Part shown: in pieces, positions 8,801 to 10,874 of the stretch
Layout of the letters: each line of letters opens with the position of its first letter
Position numbering within the stretch: the first letter of the stretch is position 1
NCBI RefSeq assembly: GCF_000143415.4
Contig: NW_003314586.1
Coordinates: forward strand, 1-10,874
Direction: 5' to 3'
Length of the DNA stretch: 10,874 bases
DNA from: Selaginella moellendorffii
Lineage: Eukaryota; Plantae; Lycopodiophyta
The notes under the pieces: model-generated
Seen by the model: the letters and a program-made list of their open reading frames with translations, nothing else
Told to the model about the DNA's origin: nothing
Databases searched by the model: none
Made by a program: the position numbers and the translations under genes

Positions 8801-9015
8801 AAGGGATCCCAGCATGAGCATATCGGTGGATAATGTTGTGCATGGTTGGATGCGGAAGCAGAGTGCCACCATCACCTTGCCAGATCATGCAAGAGATGCA
8901 GCAAGAGCATTCATAACCCGGGTTCAAGGTGAGATTCATTAATATTCCTTTACTAAATTTCTAATGTATTTTATTTCAAGGTGAACAATCCGAATCTGAA
9001 TCAGAGGAGGCCTGA
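5893..9015 (+). pseudogene. Full-length multidomain transposase, copy B (1-bp deletion at 6869-6871; CGA>TGA at 6966-6968); 1023 aa when repaired
   Basis: ORFs 5893..7026 and 6993..8942 join through the frame that is intact in copy A (HGNDGTHKTRGHVVYGEAIFKRFVETC...LPSMYTK). Candidate catalytic Asp codons lie at 7323, 7824 and 7950. The Sola1/DUF7869-like call rests on motif recognition, not a search. Confidence 0.8.
8929..8980 (+). other. Predicted 52-nt GT-AG intron (copy B)
   Basis: Same signals as 2125-2176. It contains the TAA that ends the unspliced ORF at 8942. Confidence 0.7.
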
Positions 9016-9230
9016 TATAGTGTGTGAGGTAAAACAAAGATGATGTGACATATGCATTTACCAATCACACGTGCATAAATCTAATAATATGGCATGTGGC
9101 CCATATTAATGGCACATAAACCCATATTGTGGGCTTACGTGCTTTATGTACCATCATTCCCTTGCAGCGTGTGTGTTGGTTTCCTTTTATAACACAACGA
9201 ACTCCATATTTTAGGGTGAAGAGCGTTCTC

Positions 9231-9488
9231 ATGGCAAGCACAAAATCTGTAAGTGAGGCCGAAAAGGAGACGGAGAAGGAGATAGGTGAAGATGTAGAAT
9301 ATATAAGTCTTCCAAACTCCCCGTACTATACTCCAGGTGATCATTTTTCTGAACAAACGGCAACATTAACAATTATCGAGAACGCCCCAATAACATCAGA
9401 GACAACAATCCAAAGCAAAACAACTGACCCGGAGAAGGATGATAGTACCGCTGAGAGTACCAAAAAGGAGGTGTCCACTAGCGCTTAG
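9231..9488 (+). CDS. Putative 85-aa acidic accessory ORF (copy B)
   Basis: Paralogue of 2850-3107 with 3 amino-acid differences and an intact frame. Confidence 0.4.
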   Translation: MASTKSVSEAEKETEKEIGEDVEYISLPNSPYYTPGDHFSEQTATLTIIENAPITSETTIQSKTTDPEKDDSTAESTKKEVSTSA

Positions 9489-10181
9489 GCTTATAATGGC
9501 ATGTGCCCTCATGCCATTTACTTGATCACCAAATACCTTTTTCCCTTTGCACTAGTATATCTTAATACCGGTCTGAGAAATAGAATGGCATGTGCCCTCA
9601 GGCCTTTTACTAAATCACCTTTGAAAGAAATGCAAGCCTCTATGTCGTAAAAAAAAGGTACTAGAGAAATTCCTTAATAATATGAATGTTATTTAGTTTC
9701 ATGAAAATTTCAAGGGTCAAATGAGTTAAATGACTTCTCCAAACTAGCAATGCCTCTTGCTACACCTTCACAATTAGATTCGTTAGAAAAAGATAACATT
9801 GAATAATATCTAAATGTTCTCACCATTAAGTTATATGTCTGGCTAATAGGAATGACGTTCATCTTGGAAAGCTCACCACACGCTCAATGAACAAACAAAA
9901 AGTGTGTGCGCGCATGCCATCGCTCTTCTTTAGCTTCAGATTCGGCTTGTTCACCTTGACAATGAGATTTATTATACAACCAGATGGACTCAGTCTGGAC
10001 ATAAAGTCACCGCGCTAGTCACCATGCCCCAGATATGTCTAGCCCCTGGACAAAAAACATATAATTTCACGTCATTTTCAAATACTTGAAAATTTGTATC
10101 TAGTCCCATTTTACTGAATAAATCCCACTTTAACGAAATAGAGCTTAGAAAGAAAAAGAAAAAGAAGAGAAGAGGAACACC

Positions 10182-10874
10182 TCACTGGATGAAGCGTTTG
10201 AGATGAGAGTGATTGTGAGCGTGTGGGAGCTCACATCCCTCAGCATCAACTAGCACGTATGCTCCACCTCTAATGTGTCGCTGGACAAAGTAGGGGCCGG
10301 TCCAGCGAGGGGAGAATTTCAAAGGTGGCGTGAACTCCTTGAGTAGAACGAGATCGCCATCCTCGAATGGTTCAGCAGACCGCTGGTGATCGATGACCGA
10401 CTTGATCTTCTGCTTGCCTCGAAGGAGATGTTCAGTCGTGGATCGTCGCTGTTCTTCTAAGGCAAGAACCTCCAAGTCACGTGCATGAAGCTTGTCCTCA
10501 TCGCTAAGCTGCATCGCTGCTGCGTATCGAAGTGAAAGTGAGAGTGATGGCACCTGGATCTCCACTGGGAGCATGGCCTCTGTCCCATAGACAAGGGAGA
10601 ATGGGGTCGCAAAGATGGATGTCTTGAAGGACGTCCGAAAGGCCCACAACGCCGTAACCAAGTGCTCGTGCTAACACCTTGGGTGATCCTCCACAAGCTT
10701 TGAGATGACTGTCTTTAATATTTTGTTGCTGGACTCTGCCTGGCCATTGCACTCCGGATAATAGCTGCTGCTTTTCACGTGCTTGACCTGCAGTTGCTGG
10801 AGAAGATGCTGCATCACCTGTCCAAGGAAGCCGCTGCCACGATCAGAAACCAAAACAGTAGGACTCCAAATCGG
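10182..10874 (-). pseudogene. pol: Ty3/Gypsy pol C-terminus (integrase core and GPY/F motif), disrupted, continuing beyond the window
   Basis: VSDRGSGF, YYPECNGQAESSN, ALWAFRT, TPFSLVYG, RWTGPY. ORFs 10671..10853 and 10182..10661 share a frame and are split by a TAG (10671-10673) where Trp is usual. A 1-bp deletion near 10861 breaks RFGVP. Confidence 0.92.

Larger units (their letters stand above)
5551..10143 (+). mobile_element. DNA transposon copy B (left boundary uncertain; no left TIR found)
   Basis: Contains the left motif cluster, the whole transposase gene and the same right end as copy A (TAGAG 10139-10143). No reverse complement of the right terminus is seen near 5551-5700. Confidence 0.75.

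Noticed and set aside
1-10144. Simple tandem duplication or haplotype misassembly
   Set aside because: The right flanks differ sharply at a common terminus and the copies differ by a 423-bp indel, which favours independent insertions.

Overview
Eukaryotic, plant-like transposon nest with no clear host genes. The window holds two near-identical, same-orientation copies of a DNA transposon: copy A (<1-3764, 5'-truncated by the window) and copy B (~5551/5667-10143). Their disabling lesions fall at different sites. Combining the two copies and removing one 52-nt intron reconstructs a single 1023-aa protein: two tandem En/Spm TnpA(Tnp1)-like domains, a Cys cluster, a Sola1/DUF7869-type DDD core and a C-terminal BAH/SH3-like barrel (domains called by eye). 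The element carries a dispersed 22-bp palindrome (ATGGCATGnGGCCnCATGCCAT) in both subterminal regions and inside its CDS. Both copies end in ...TAGAG, one base from the CACTA terminus. Between the copies lies a minus-strand 1756-bp LTR (TG...CA) with a tRNA-iMet PBS and an internal hexamer/12-mer satellite, abutting a 116-bp loopless palindrome. The right edge is a decayed Ty3/Gypsy integrase. The main candidate novelty is a CACTA-like architecture built around a Sola-like catalytic core, with both copies ending next to LTR-retrotransposon sequence.
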